Source of the DNA: Cenococcum geophilum
Lineage: Eukaryota
Assembly (NCBI GenBank): GCA_050273025.1
Contig: CP158635.1
Location: forward strand, 14,818,001-14,882,000
DNA length: 64,000 nucleotides
Reading direction: 5' to 3'
The translations under genes and the position numbers were made by a program. The notes under the pieces were generated by a model. It saw only the letters and a program-made list of their open reading frames with translations. It searched no databases and was not told the DNA's origin. Positions 1-13,696 of this stretch are shown here, piece by piece (the first letter of the stretch is position 1; the number at the start of each line of letters is the position of its first letter).

Positions 1-3000
1 CCGATATATGCTTATAAAAGAGTGTAGATATACTCCCCCTATATTAACCTAATAACTATACTATTAATATTAAATAAGGAAAAATACTACCTTATAAGAG
101 ACCCTACCTAATATTAAAAGATAAGCTTTTAGTTATAAAAAAGTATATTAACAAGCACCTTAATAAAGGATTTATTTGTCCTAGCATATCACTAGTAGCC
201 GCCCCTATCCTTCTTACTAAGAAGCTAGGAGGAGGTATTTAATTCTGTGTTAACTATAGAGGACTTAACGCTATTACGATTAAAAACTAATACTTAGTAC
301 CGCTTATATATAAGACCCTTAAGCGGCTTAGTTAAGCTAAAATCTATACTAAGCTTAATATTATTGCCGCCTTTAACTATCTTTAAATACGGGAAGGTGA
401 TAAATAGAAAACCGTATTTGTATTGCGCTTTAGCTAATTTAAATATACCGTTATACCCTTTAGCGTATATAACGGCCCAGGTACCTTTTAAAGCTATATT
501 AATAACACCTTATAGGACTACCTTAATAACTTCTACTCTGCGTACCTAGACGACATACTTATTTATAGTAATAACCCCTTTAAGCATACCAAATACGTTT
601 AAAAGGTCCTATAGTGCCTTAGGGACGTAGGACTTTATATTAATTTAAAGAAATATAAATTCTTAGTTATAGAAGTAAAATACCTTAGACTAATTATTAC
701 TACTAAGGGTGTCTGTATAGACCCTAAGAAGGTATATATAATTACCAAATAGTAAGCCCCTAACTGTATTAAGGACGTATAAGCCTTCCTTAGTTTTGCT
801 AACTTCTATTAGAAATTTATATACAACGTCTTAGGCGTAGTAGCACTACTTATAGTAATAATGCGAACGAAGGGCCTTTCTGTAAAAGGAAGAAAAATGC
901 ACCTACGCTTTACCTAGACGCCTAAATGCGAGAAGGCGTTCCAAGACCTTAAAAATGCCTTTACTAAAGCACCTGTTCTAGCTTACTTTATACTAGGATA
1001 ATAACTCTACCTTAAAACCAACTCCTTAGACTACGTTAATATAGGCATCCTTTCCTAGATAGGTAATAATAGCCTTTTTTACCTAGTTATATTCTACTTA
1101 TCTAAGCTTATACTATAAGAGTGTAACTATAAAATCTATAATAAAGAACTCCTTGCAATTATATAAGCGTTTAAAGAATTCTAACTAGAACTCTCCTTAG
1201 TAGAGCCTAACTAGCTAACTAAAGTCCTTACGGACTATTGTAATCTTAAGTACTTTATAACTATAAAGTAGCTAAACTAATGCTAAGTACGTTAAAATAA
1301 GTTCCTCTCTAGTTTTAACTTTAAAATTGTATATAGACTAGGAGTATAAGGTACTAAACCTAATAGCCTAATACGCCGCTTATAAGACCTTCCTTAGTCT
1401 AAAGATAACCCCTATAATTAGTTCTAATAACAGACAATCCTAAAAGCATAAAATTTAGCCCTAGGTATACTACCTATAATAGAGCTAACTATACCCTAGC
1501 TTTATATTACAGAACTAGAGTTACCTCCTAAAATTAATGAGCTTATTACTACGGCATATAACGCCTCTGTTAACCTATTACTATATTAACTTATTACCGC
1601 AAAGACCGCTGGCGCCTATACGCTACCTACTAACCTCTAAAGCTTAGGCTAGATTAATATAGCAGCCTTAGAAGTAAAAGAGAATAGGCTCTATTATAGA
1701 GGCCGCCTATTTATCCCTAACTTAGAAAATCTATAACGGCAACTAATCTAAATAGCCTACGATCTTTAATTAAGCGGCCACTTAGGTAAAAAAGGAACCT
1801 ACAAGCTTCTTAGCCAATACTACTTCTAGCCAAAAATAATAGACTTAGTTAAACGCTTTATAGGCGCCTGCTACGGTTATAAGCGCGTTAAGGCCTTTAA
1901 TACAAAGTACTAAGGACTACTGCACCCTCTACTAGTACCTATATAACGATAGGCAGATATCGCCATAGATTTCGTTATTAACCTACTACCCTATAAACGA
2001 CACGGCCGTACCTATAAGAATATCCTTATAATAATATACCGACTTATAAAAGAGCGCTACTACGTCCTAACTAAAGGTATAGCCGTTACTAACGTTACTA
2101 ACACCTTTTTTCGCGAAGTTTACTGACTATATAGGCTACCTAACTCGATTACGTCCGACTAAGGCACATAATTTAACTCTGATGTATAGAGACGAATCTA
2201 CTAACGCCTTAGCATCTCTATTAAGATGTCTACATCCTTTTACTATAAAACTACTGGGTAACCTAAAACGCTAATGCTAGTATAAAAGCGTACCTACGAC
2301 AGGTAGTTGCCTATAGTTAAGATAACTGGGTAGATTACCTCCTACTAGGTAAATTTAGAGCAAATAATTACGTCTTAACTACTATAGGACTTACCCCGTT
2401 CTTCGCAAATAAGGGTTATTACCCCTAATCTAGCATAGAGCTACTAGAACCTATTAATAAGAAACTGCCATATAGAAAACGCCTTAAGATACTACTTGCC
2501 GACCAGTATATAAACCGCATAAAAAATCTACTTAACTACTATAAGGGAGAAATGGCCTAGGCTTAAGTAAAGTAGGCCTACTTCGCCGACCGTTATAGAA
2601 CGCCACTACCGGAGATATGTATTGGCGACTGGGTATAGCTAGATATACGTAATATCTCTACGCAAAGGCCTATAAAGTTACTTAATTATAAAAACCTTAG
2701 CCCCTATTTAATTAAACGAGTTATTAATAGGAGAGCTGTATATAAGCTAGAACTCCCGCCTACTCTAGCTACCCGCAGGATATAGCCCGTATTTTACCTA
2801 TAGCTACTACACCTCTATTAGCCTAACCCCTTACTAGGGTAGATATAGCCTAAACCTTTACTAGTACTAATCCAAGATAAGAACAAAGACAAGAACTATA
2901 AGAAGTGGACCGTTAAACGAATTATTAACTCTAAATACTTTGGTAAAGGTAGAGGACGATGGCTTTACTATAGAGCTATATACATAGGATTTAATATAGA

Positions 3001-3620
3001 TTAGCTAGAATGGCAACTATAGGAAGACTTTAAAAATGTAAAGGATCTAATTAGCGACTTTTACTACGCGAACCTATAGAAACTGGGCCTAAGCAGAGAC
3101 TTTATACCTAATCCTTTATAGGAGCCCTTATAGAGTTAAACCGTTATATATTACTACGTAAGGGCAAATTGCCGTTAGATTGCCGTTAGATTGCAGTAAA
3201 GTGCGATTATATAACCGGAATATCGTTAAGATGTCCAGGAACTTCGACCGGCGGTTAAAGTTATTTAATTGGTCAGATTCTTAGATGCTAAGCCCTATTA
3301 TATAACGTTATTTTAAGCCTTTAGTGATACCCCCCTTTTCTTCTTTTTTATACCTTAAGTATCTCTTCTATATATATATAGTAACCACAGCGTCGCCAGA
3401 GCTCCGCCTTTATAAGAGGGGGGGTAGTATTACGGAACCCTACCGCAGGGGCCTCTATAGGAGAGCCCCGTGCTCTCGCGTATACCTCGCGTATAGCTTA
3501 TGTCAGCTACGCGTAGGTATATCACCTCCTTACGCCCTCGACCCTTACGATCAATCGCGCAACGTCTTATAGACTCCTCGAATACATACGCTTTATAGCC
3601 ACTACCCCCGTCCCGTAACA
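1..3620 (+). mobile_element. Ty3/Gypsy chromovirus LTR retrotransposon (3' part), RIP-inactivated
   Basis: Manual translation gives RT YLDDILIYS (~543), RNase H, the integrase zinc finger and core, and a chromodomain-like WTVKRIINSK..W.YY (~2905-2980), with many TAA/TAG stops. A polypurine tract AAGAGGGGGGGTAG directly precedes the 3' LTR. The 5' part lies outside the window. Confidence 0.93.
3428..3620 (+). repeat. 3' LTR of the first Gypsy element (193 bp)
   Basis: Follows the PPT. Termini are TATTACGG (RIP of TGTTACGG) and CCGTAACA, which form an inverted pair. Confidence 0.85.
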
Positions 3621-5728
3621 CTTAAGGGAGGTAAGGTTAATAAGTTCCTATATCTAATTCTTAATTAGAGACCCTACCTCCTCTATTATTACTTTTATCT
3701 ATTCTTTGCTATTTAGGCCGTTAATTACTTAGTTATATATATAAGGCTTATCTTTATTAATTAAGGTAGTAGATATATACGTTTTGAGATTAGGTAAGCT
3801 AGTATATTAAATATAGCCGGCTAGTAGAGTTATAGAATTAACTGCGTTGTGATTATTTAAGTAAGGGTTTTAAGGTGTAGATTAAGGAGGAAAGGTAGAT
3901 AGAAGGGCTATTAGTTTGTTACCTATTTTATTATCCTAGTTGCTTAGTAGCTTATTAATATTATTAGCCTATTAGTTAAGGCTTTAGTCTATACCTATAA
4001 GGCTTATAAGGAAGGCAGTAGGGTTGCTTAGTAGGTTAACTCTTAACGTCTAGCGGCCTGATCAAGTAGTGGTTATAGTAAGGTTTTTAGGCAGAGACTT
4101 AAGCCCGTAGGGTAAGCTATCATAACCTTCCTTCTAATTAATTCTTTATTATCTTTTTCTTAATAGAGGCTTTAGCTAAGAAGTAGTAGTGTTTCCCCTC
4201 CCTTGCTTATTAGACAAGTTAACAGATTCTTCCGTAAATATAGTAGTAGTCTTTAAACTAATATCGCCTTTATAGATTTCGACATCTTTAAGCCGCTTAA
4301 TCTTTTATTTATCTAGTAGCTAAATGTAATAGATTATCTTACTATTATAGCTAATTAGAATACCCTTTTTTACTTATAGAGCGAACCTAGCTAATTTTAC
4401 GCAATCTTCTTCGGCTATAAGGGAGTAGACGGTAGATCCTAGAGCCCTTAGGTAGTATACTAAGGGAGGTTTACCCTTAAGCTTTTTATAAGGTAATATG
4501 CCATTAAGAAGAGCTCTTATAGGGCGTCTGTTTTTAATATATATAGCTATAAGGAGTACGTTAGGCTATAGAAAGTCTAGTATATTGCTAGTGAGGAATT
4601 ATTAAGCGGGTAATCTTAGTGGAGGTTCGCTGCGAGCGCTCTACCACTCCGTTCTCTTCCTAAGCGTATAAGGCGGCAGGTTCGAATTCTATACCTAGAT
4701 CGTCTATCTAGGTAGTTGCTTTCTTGCTACAAAGCTCTGTTTTGTAGTTGGTATAAATTCTAGTAATTTTAAAATCAAATTTGGTGTGGATTTAATTATA
4801 GTACCTCTATAAAGTACTAAGCCACTCGTCCTTTATATAGTTGTCGGTAAAAGATATATAGTATCTTTTGCCTTTAAAGCTAATGGGGGTAATAGGTCCT
4901 ACTAGATCTATATAGACAAATTAAAACGGTTATATAGCTTATTCCTGGGGCGTTCTATTATACCTCTTTCTAGCTTTAAATTAAGCGCAGGGCTTACAGT
5001 ATTTATTACTAATGTTGTTAAACTTAATACCAAGTTTACTTAGGTGGCATTTAAGGTTACTATAGTTAAGATAGCTAAATCAGTAATGCTAAACAGGTAG
5101 GCTTTTATTGTTTTTAATCGTCTAGAGGATTAATTTTAACGAGTAGTTATACTGCCGAATTAGGTAAAGTCGTTAAACTTTAGGTGCGTATCCTATCACC
5201 TTATTATTATATTTAAGTTTATAAGTCTTATTATTAAAGAAGACGCCTATTTCCTTAAGTCGGCTTTTAGATAGTAAGTTTACTAGTAAATATAGTATAT
5301 AAAGAATATTGTGTAGAGTAAGTGTACTTCTATAACTTTTATTAGGGAGTGCGGTTTATATAGAGATAGATCCTTTACCTACTAATTAAGCTCTATAGGG
5401 ACCAACTATATCTAATAAGGTGTTATTATTAACGTAGCTAAAGAGAAGTTTACGATTCTTACAGCAGTAGATAGTAGCGGCGGTATTGTAGATAAAGTCA
5501 TACCTACTTAGTTAGGCTTATACCACCACTACTACAAGCTTACGTTATAGATTTACTTTATTTTTAACTTAATTAGAGTATTTATTAAGCTAAATAGGTG
5601 GCCTAGTCCTCTGCTTCTTCCTTACACAGATTTTATTACCAATTCTCTATAGTATATTTTTTAGGTTTCTCTCCTAGCAGTCTTCTTTAGAATACGTAGT
5701 TCTGTTATATTTTACACAGTTAGGGTAC

Positions 5729-8700
5729 TGTATAATTACAGCACCTGTCGTACTAACCGCGTGCTTACGCGCTCGGTACGCCGAGTACGCGTTTACGCGT
5801 TTGGTGCACCAACCACCCGCTTACGCGTCTGGTGCACTTCTGAAGCACTGACTAATTAGGGGGGAGGCGCATCAGTATATAGACTACGTAGTCTGCTTTA
5901 TATAATCGACAGTTACCACCGTCTAAATGAGCATACGATACTATACGTATTTCGTGCCCCTAGACACGACTTACTTGTACCATTAAATTGGTATAAACAC
6001 TGATTAGTGAGCGCGTACAGATTAGCAATCACTCGACACCTCCCCCCAAGCAATACTCGACAGCGACTACCCGTTTATATCCTAGTACGACCTACTGGAA
6101 GGTCGGAAGTTGGGGATTACGGACCTATCACCAACTCTGTATACTTATTCAAGTCTTAGTACGGTTTACTGGAAGTATAATAGACGCGAATATAGACCTG
6201 TATAGGAACCCTCTACCCTCGAACCTCGAACCTCTATCCTTACTATACCTCCCCTAGACCCCTTACGGAGACCCCTTACCCTTTTATGAACCGCTATGGA
6301 CCCGTTAATTACCTTTACGGACCGTTATAAGCCCTTATAGAAACCCCCTACCCTCCTGCAAACCCTTATGGACCTATTATCCGCCTTTACGGACCACTAT
6401 AAGACCCTTCTACCCGCTACGTACAATACTACACAGTATGGCAGATATTAGCAAGCAAGTCAGCGAAGGTCAAAAGAAGTGGAGTTAAGGAGTTGACCTT
6501 ACGTCTACGAACGACGTTAATAACTACATTTAATTCAAACTCCTTGAATACGGATACTTTAAGCCTACGAATAATGACATATGGGAGCAATATAAGGAAG
6601 ACTTTGCGGACTTTATGGAAGCTACTTTTAAGGCCTGCAGCCTTATGACCATCCGTAACCTATAAACCCTCCTCCGTAACCACGGCGTATGGGTTAAAAA
6701 AGATAAACACGTCACTATTGCACGGTCTTTATATAATGCAATATATGAGGAGGACCAAACGGAATGGACTAAGGAAGAAATCCTAGACCAGTTTAATACT
6801 ACTAAGGAACTCTTTGCTTCTTCCAAACTTAATATAATCGCTAGCCTTATATCTGACCTACTTAACTAAATTCGTCCTATAGACCCAAACGCCTTTGGAA
6901 TTAATCTTACGGGCTAGAGTATACCTAGTACCCAAGTTACGGACCGCAATACCCCTGTAAACCAAAATACGGACCAAAATACTTCCGCTACTTAAGCCAC
7001 AGATCCGCAAACTATATGTCCGTAAGCTATAGATCCGTAAGCTATATATCTGCAAGCTATAGATCCGTAAGCTATATATCCGCAAGCTATAGATCCGCAA
7101 GCTATAGACCCGCAACCTACCTAAGTAAAGACCTATGGCAAGGAACTAGCTAACCTGGCTAAGCTCTATACCGACGAATCTAAGTACAGCGGTGAAAACG
7201 ACAACTTTGACTTTAAACTGACTATTTTTACGGACCTCTGTTAGAAGGCTGACATTCCTAAATAAGAGTTTAGCCAAGCCTACTCTACTATGCTGCGCGG
7301 CCTAGTACTTAACTACTACTACACTAACCTCAAGAGCAACCCCCTTGGTGTCCCCTTTGATAAGCTATGCGAAACTACCTATAACTACTTTGAAGGACCG
7401 GAATATAGGCGTAATATCCTTACCTAATAGAATGCGACTAAGCTATGGACCGTAATCGACAAGAACACCGAAAAATTGACTATAGAGTGTCTGCAAATTC
7501 TTATTAAAGACCTCTGGCACCTATAGCACGGCCTTAACGCCAAGCTTTGAATAGACGACTTCCTGTATAATAAACTTATTACGGCTTACCAGGAAGTAGA
7601 GCCCTGCAAGTACGCCTGTTATAAGCCTGCAGACACCTTAGCTGGCCTTATTAATGACCTACGCTCCTCTATTGTAACGTATAAAGTCTTAAACCCACCA
7701 AGTAGCACTTAAGCCTTTGCTATGGATATTTAATATCCGCAAACAGACTTAGAAGCCTATTTTACGGACCGCCGCTACCGCTAGCAGTACCCGTACCGAC
7801 TAAACCCTACCCGTAACCCCCGCAGTAACCCCTATACGAAAGTATATCCACGCAGACAAACTAGCCAGAAGTGCTTCGTGTGCGGTAAGGAAGGATGTTG
7901 GTTTACAAGGCATACCTAGGAAGAATGTAACAAGTCTAGGAAGAGACTTAATAACTGGATTAACCAGTTCATTTTGGAATACGAAGGAGAGGAAGTAGAG
8001 GAGCCCCCTGACGAGTCAATAGAAGCCCTTATAATTGACTTTAACTTAGATGCTTAGAAACAGAAGACCTTAGAGACATTTCTAACTACTTTTGGACCTT
8101 TTACGGACAGTTAAGCCTTTAATACTATGACCGTATTAGCCGACCGCTCCTTTATACACTCAATTACACCCAAAAACTGGCCCGTAAGTATACCCGTTGG
8201 ACCCATTATAGACGTTACGGACCGTAAACAGGACCTATTTGCATATATTACTACAGAACGCTATACCCCTAAAGAATTCTATGGCGTTATGATTGATACA
8301 GGTGCCTCTAAGAAGTCTACTATAGGTTATAGACAATACCTTGCATATAAGACTACCGTAAATGATAATACGGATATTAATACTATGTAAGCTGGGGCCG
8401 TAAACGTCTAATTTAGCATTGGTTTAACCGTATTAATTAGATCAGTCGTAGTTAAGACCCTAATTGGCCTAGTTAACTTCCATATAGTAAAAGCGGACAC
8501 CCCTTTCTTACTTTGCCTTGCGGACATGGACAGGTTATAGGTTTACTACAATAATATTACGGACACCTTAATCGGCCCCGCAACTGCCCTAGGAAGCAAG
8601 TATATTACCCTGCCAATTATACGACGATTTGGACACCCGTTCCTTATATAGGGAGAGACTTTACGGACCTATATTTAGGAATCTTTTAACTATAACCCGT

Positions 8701-11700
8701 GCTACCTTACCAGTATGGAGATCCACCGTCTGCACCGCCGTTTCGGCTACCCGTTAGCCGAAAAGCTATATAGAGTCCTTGAACGCTCTGGACACGACGA
8801 TATCGATAGGAAGGCAGTTAATTACCTAACTAAATACTGCTCCTTTTGCCAGAAATACGGACGTTCCCTAGGCCGATTTAAGTTCACCCTTCGTAAGGAC
8901 CTTAACTTTAACCACTTAGTGTACGTAGACATTATGTACATTAACGGCAGCCCAGTATTACATATAATTGACGAGGCAACCCGCTACTAAGCCGCCCGTT
9001 GGTTATAAAATATATCCGCAAAACATACTTGGGACATTTTACGGACCTACTGGATTAACACATACCTTAGACCCCCTAAGTATATCACCCACGACGCTAG
9101 TAGGAACTTTATTAGTAAGGAATTCCAATAGTACGCTATGGCCATGGCTATTTTAACAAAAGCCGTTCTAGTTAAGGCGCACTGGTCCGTTGGACTTATT
9201 AAGTGAGCTTACCTAGCTTTACGGAGAGTTTACTAGATTATTACGGACGAGTGTAAGAATATCTAAAAAGAACTGGCTTTATAAATGGCCGTAAAAGCTG
9301 TTAATGATACTACTGGCCCTAACGGACTGGTACCTACCCTCTTAGTCTATGGAGCCTACCCAAGGATGAGCAAACTGGACCCTCCTGCCCCGTCCGTTAT
9401 GGATTAAGCAGCTATAATACGGAAGGCAATAGCTGAAATAGTCAAATTATGGGCTAAATAAACTATTAATAACGCTCTGCACTACCGCAACGGACCTAAT
9501 ACGACCCTAGTATACAACCTCCCGCTTAACTCTAAAGTCCTTGTGTGGCGGGAAAGCGGCAATTGGACTGGACCTTACTGTCTACTGGCCGTAGAAGATA
9601 AGACCTGCTATATATAGCTCCCTAGCGGACCGATAAGCTTTAGAAGCACGTCCATAAAACCCTATTTTCGGTCCGAAAACACCTATGACGTTGAGCCAGA
9701 CGAACTAGAAGCAACCGCTAAACTAGACGAATTAGAAACGACTGCCGAATTAGACAAACTGGAGGCACCCTTGCCTACCCTAGAGGTCCCCTAGAAACCC
9801 ACTAAACCTACTAAACCTGCCGTAAAGCGTGGCCGAGGACGCCCCCGTAAGAATCCCGTAATAGAGAACTATCTAACCTCCGCAGGCACATCCGCAAAGC
9901 AATCTCCGCTTATAGATATATTAGTTCTAGTATAGGAAACCCCTTTTACGGACTTACGGCGTAAAGAGATCAACGGACTACTTAAAAAGGGTGTCTTTGT
10001 AATTATAATGGAGAGAGACGTTCTGTAAGGCGTCTGTATATTTAACTTATGCTTCGTTGACAAGATTAAGCACCCTGGTACTGATAAAGCCTTTAAGAAA
10101 TTAAGGCTCGTTGTATAAGCTTATAACGACTAGGGAAAGGACCTAGTCCTTACGCAATCGCCTATAATTTAACGGGTTAGTTAACGGATTATACTCGCAC
10201 TTACGCCTAGACTACAGCAAACTAAATCCGTAGCCCTTTACTTACGGGATATCTTATAAGCCTATATGCAGTCTAATACCTACCTAAGTAGGGATATCTT
10301 TATATGACCACCCTATAAGCTTAACCTATAACTAGGAACAATTTTATGGGTTGTAAAACCTCTTTACGGAGTACCAAAAGCTAGAAACTATTGGTTTAAG
10401 ATATACTACTAGCACTACGTTAGTAAACTCAAAATGGAACAATCGACCTACGACCCCTGCCTCCTATACAGCCTATTAAACGGCCTTGGTATTGTTAGAC
10501 TCTAAATAGATAATACCCTCTTCTTAGCAGACCGGACATTTGCGGACGCTAAAGAGACTAAACTATAAGAAGCTAAGTTCCTGGTAAAGCTGTAAAAGCA
10601 GTTAACTAAGTAGACTCCAATTAAGTTTAACAGAGGCTTAATTATACAAAAGGGCAACTTAATCTAGCTAACCTAGGAACGCCAAGCTTAAAACCTAAAG
10701 CTCGTTATAGTAAAGCCTACAGACCTCACCAGTTCCTATAGAGAGACCCGTAAGACCGTAAATATAAAGGACTAATACGCTGTATAGCGTGCAAGAGGCG
10801 CCTATATTGCCATAGTCTGCTAACCCGAATCTGCCTATGACTTATCCTTTGCGGCCTAGGCAGTAGATCCGTAAGAAGAAAATATTAAGCAGCTTAATAA
10901 GCGTATTTAGTGGCAAATTGACAATGCAGCAAGGGGACTTACTTTTATACCACTAGACCTAAGTTCCCTTAGCTTACTAGCATTTACGGACGCCTCCTTT
11001 GCTAATAATAAAGACCTATTATTATAAATCGGCTTTGTAATTGTACTTATGGACCGTAATTAGGACGTAAATATACTATACTGGTCTTTAATTAAGTGCA
11101 AACGAGTAACCCGTAGTATACTAGCTTCTGAACTATATGCACTAGCTTATAGATTTGATATAGCAGCCGCAATTAAATTAACGGTTTAGAAGATTCTATA
11201 ACTGGAGCAGTTACCCCTAGTTTTATGCACTGATTTAAAGTCCCTTTACGACTGCCTAGTTAAACTAGGTACGACATAAGAGAAGAGGCTCATGGTCGAC
11301 CTAATGTGCTTACGTTAGGCCTATAAACAACATAAGATTACAGAGGTCAAATGGATCAGCAGCGGAGACAACCTAGCAGACGCTATGACTAAGGCAAAGC
11401 CGTGTTAAGCTCTTAAAACCCTAATTGATATAAATAAGCTTAACCTAAAGGTCATAGAATGGGTAGAGCGAGACTAATGGAGCATTTACGGTTCAGCCAC
11501 GGCCCGTCGGAAGGCTGTATGGTGCATTCACGGCCCGTCAAAAGGCCGTACAGTTCATTTTACGGACCGTAAGCAGGACTTACGGCTAGCTTGGAGCACC
11601 ATTTGGAAGGCAACCCAGAAGGCACCTCAGGAGGGATTTCCTATGTATTTTCTTATGTGTTTTATGGTTCTATTAAGACAATTACGGAGGCTATATATAA

Positions 11701-11998
11701 GTGGTTTCATTTTCCAAGTACCGCTAGTGTATAATTACAGCACCTGTCGTACCAACCGCGTGCTTACGCGCTCGGTACGCCGAGTACGCGTTTACGCGTT
11801 TGGTGCACCAACCACCCGCTTACGCGTCTGGTGCACTTCTGAAGCACTGACTAATTAGGGGGGAGGCGCATCAGTATATAGACTACGTAGTCTGCTTCAT
11901 ATAATCGACAGTTACCACCGTCTAAATGAGCATACGATACTATACGTATTTCGTGCCCCTAGACACGACTCACTTGTACCATTAAATTGGTATAAATA
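5729..11998 (+). mobile_element. Full-length Copia LTR retrotransposon, GalEa-like clade (6270 bp), RIP-damaged
   Basis: 271-bp LTRs at 5729-5999 and 11728-11998, with 5-bp TSD GGTAC (5724-5728, 11999-12003). Protease MIDTGAS (ORF 8127), integrase LHRRFG..CSFC (ORF 8715), RT and RNase H FTDASF follow in Copia order. CTGATTAGT after the 5' LTR replaces a tRNA PBS. Confidence 0.95.
6995..7115 (+). repeat. 15-bp tandem repeat (CCGCAAGCTATAGAT-like) encoding PQAID-type pentapeptides in GalEa gag
   Basis: About 8 degenerate units are visible directly. It explains the antisense RIYSL-repeat ORF at 6858-7115. Confidence 0.85.
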
Positions 11999-13253
11999 GG
12001 TACTTACACATTCCTACTAGTGCAATCTTTCTCTTTATGGACGTTCCGTTATTTAAATATACTACTAGTGTAGTAGAAGCTTCTTAATTAAGCTCGCTAT
12101 TAAAGATAATAAGTTCCTTACCTAAGGCTCGTAGGTTAGTATTTTTCTATATCCAATTTATTTATTAAGTTGTTTTAAACTAAGCGTAGTTAGTGAAGCT
12201 GACTCTATATAAAAGGGCTGCTTAGGCAAGGATTTTATAGTTAATAGGTTGGTCCATTTTAATAAGGCGATTAAGGTTTAATATAACATAGGAGATAAAC
12301 TCCTTTATGTTCTTAAAATCTTAAACGCGTTTAATAAAGAAGGTGGCTATAATATTGGTAACAGCTACTAGATTAAGATCCTTAAAGCGTTCTTTTAGAG
12401 CCTTCCATTTCTTAAGCACCTATTTAGCGTTTAATATAAACGGCTTATAGATATTACTAATGTTTTAGTTAATAAAACCGGCTATATAGGCTAGCTGTTC
12501 CTTATATTTCTCCCATTCTTTTACTAAGTTAGCTAGCTTAATTTTTAGCTATTTAATAGTAAAGCCTAAGTCCACCCATTTCTCTTTAATTGACTTAATT
12601 GTAGGAAGAAGCCGTAGTAGGTTATTAAGAACCTACTTAATGTTTTTAGATCGGAGGTGGTTTTGTATATCAATACTAAATATTAGCTAGTCTTCCCGTC
12701 TAATAAGCTTTTAGATAGAGGCTTAGGCGGTATATTTATCGCTTATATTAATAAGGCTTATAAGTGGTTTATAGTAGGCAGTCTGTAGGCCTTATTATAA
12801 TATTATTATTAGATTTATTTCCTTTATAAGGAGTATATATATAGTATAGGTTTTGACTTAATATGTTCCTTAGCTAGTATAGGTAGTTCTAATAAGCTTC
12901 TTCTAATTTACTACTAATACGGTTATTATAAAGCTTTATTCTTAAAACTCTATCGTTCCATAATAACAATAGTAAGGTTGTCCACTAAATGCAAGGTATT
13001 CTCCTAAGCCTTTAATGCCGCCATTTATTACGGGTTATATTAGGCTTGTCCTTAGTAGGATCCTCTTATTACATTTGGCGTAGAGTCTATTATTAGCAGC
13101 TACATAGCCGCTCGTTATAGGTTTTTGGCGTCGTAAGTTGGTTAAACATTTAACAACTTTTTAACGCCCATACGGTGATATTGTGATAGTAATTATCGTG
13201 AATAATAAAGCAATTAGGTTTAGCTCGTTAGGCGCGAACCTAGGCTTATAACC

Positions 13254-13432
13254 TGTTGAAATAAGGTTATTATGGCTAAAACTCTGTACATTGCTTATTT
13301 TCTATATAGGTGGTTAAAGAGATTTTAAGGAACTTTGACCGCCGGTCAAAGTTCTCTAATTGGTTAGATTCCTGCCAAGAGGTTCTCCCCAAGTCTCATT
13401 ACGTGATATCGTTGCGGGCTTGTTTTCCAACA
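13254..13432 (-). repeat. 5' LTR of the host Copia element (179 bp)
   Basis: TGTTG...CAACA termini, adjacent to the GGTTAT(G/A)AGC motif. Confidence 0.8.
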
Positions 13433-13696
13433 CTATTCTCCTCTTATAATTTAAGCCTTTAAGTGTAAGGGATATTTTATCCCTTACTTGGGCTTGCAGC
13501 CCTCCTATCCTCCTTATCGGTTCGTCTCTCTCTTTCCCTTTAGGCTATTGCCTACCCTTATTACTATATCGTTCTCTTTTATCAACTCTTTTATAACTTA
13601 TGCTCGGCTTACCTACTCCCTACTATTCTCCTAGGCGAATAGCCTTAATTAAGTTTTAGCGCCGCTAATACTAGTAAATACGATATATATTATAAC

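Larger units (their letters stand above)
3621..13432 (-). mobile_element. Ty1/Copia LTR retrotransposon (5' LTR, gag, protease, start of integrase), RIP-inactivated; host of nested insertions
   Basis: 5' LTR at 13254-13432 (TGTTG...CAACA) is followed on the minus strand by GGTTATAAGC, the RIP form of the fungal Copia GGTTATGAGC motif. Gag zinc knuckle C-VK-(C)-NRTT-(H)-SKED-C-(W) at ~5670-5720 and a protease-like FIY(D)TAAT at ~5470-5500. Interrupted at 5729-11998 and cut at 3620 by the Gypsy LTR. Confidence 0.82.

Noticed and set aside
6530..7115. Minus-strand ORFs, including the RIYSL-repeat ORF
   Set aside because: They are antisense to the GalEa gag and its 15-bp repeat.
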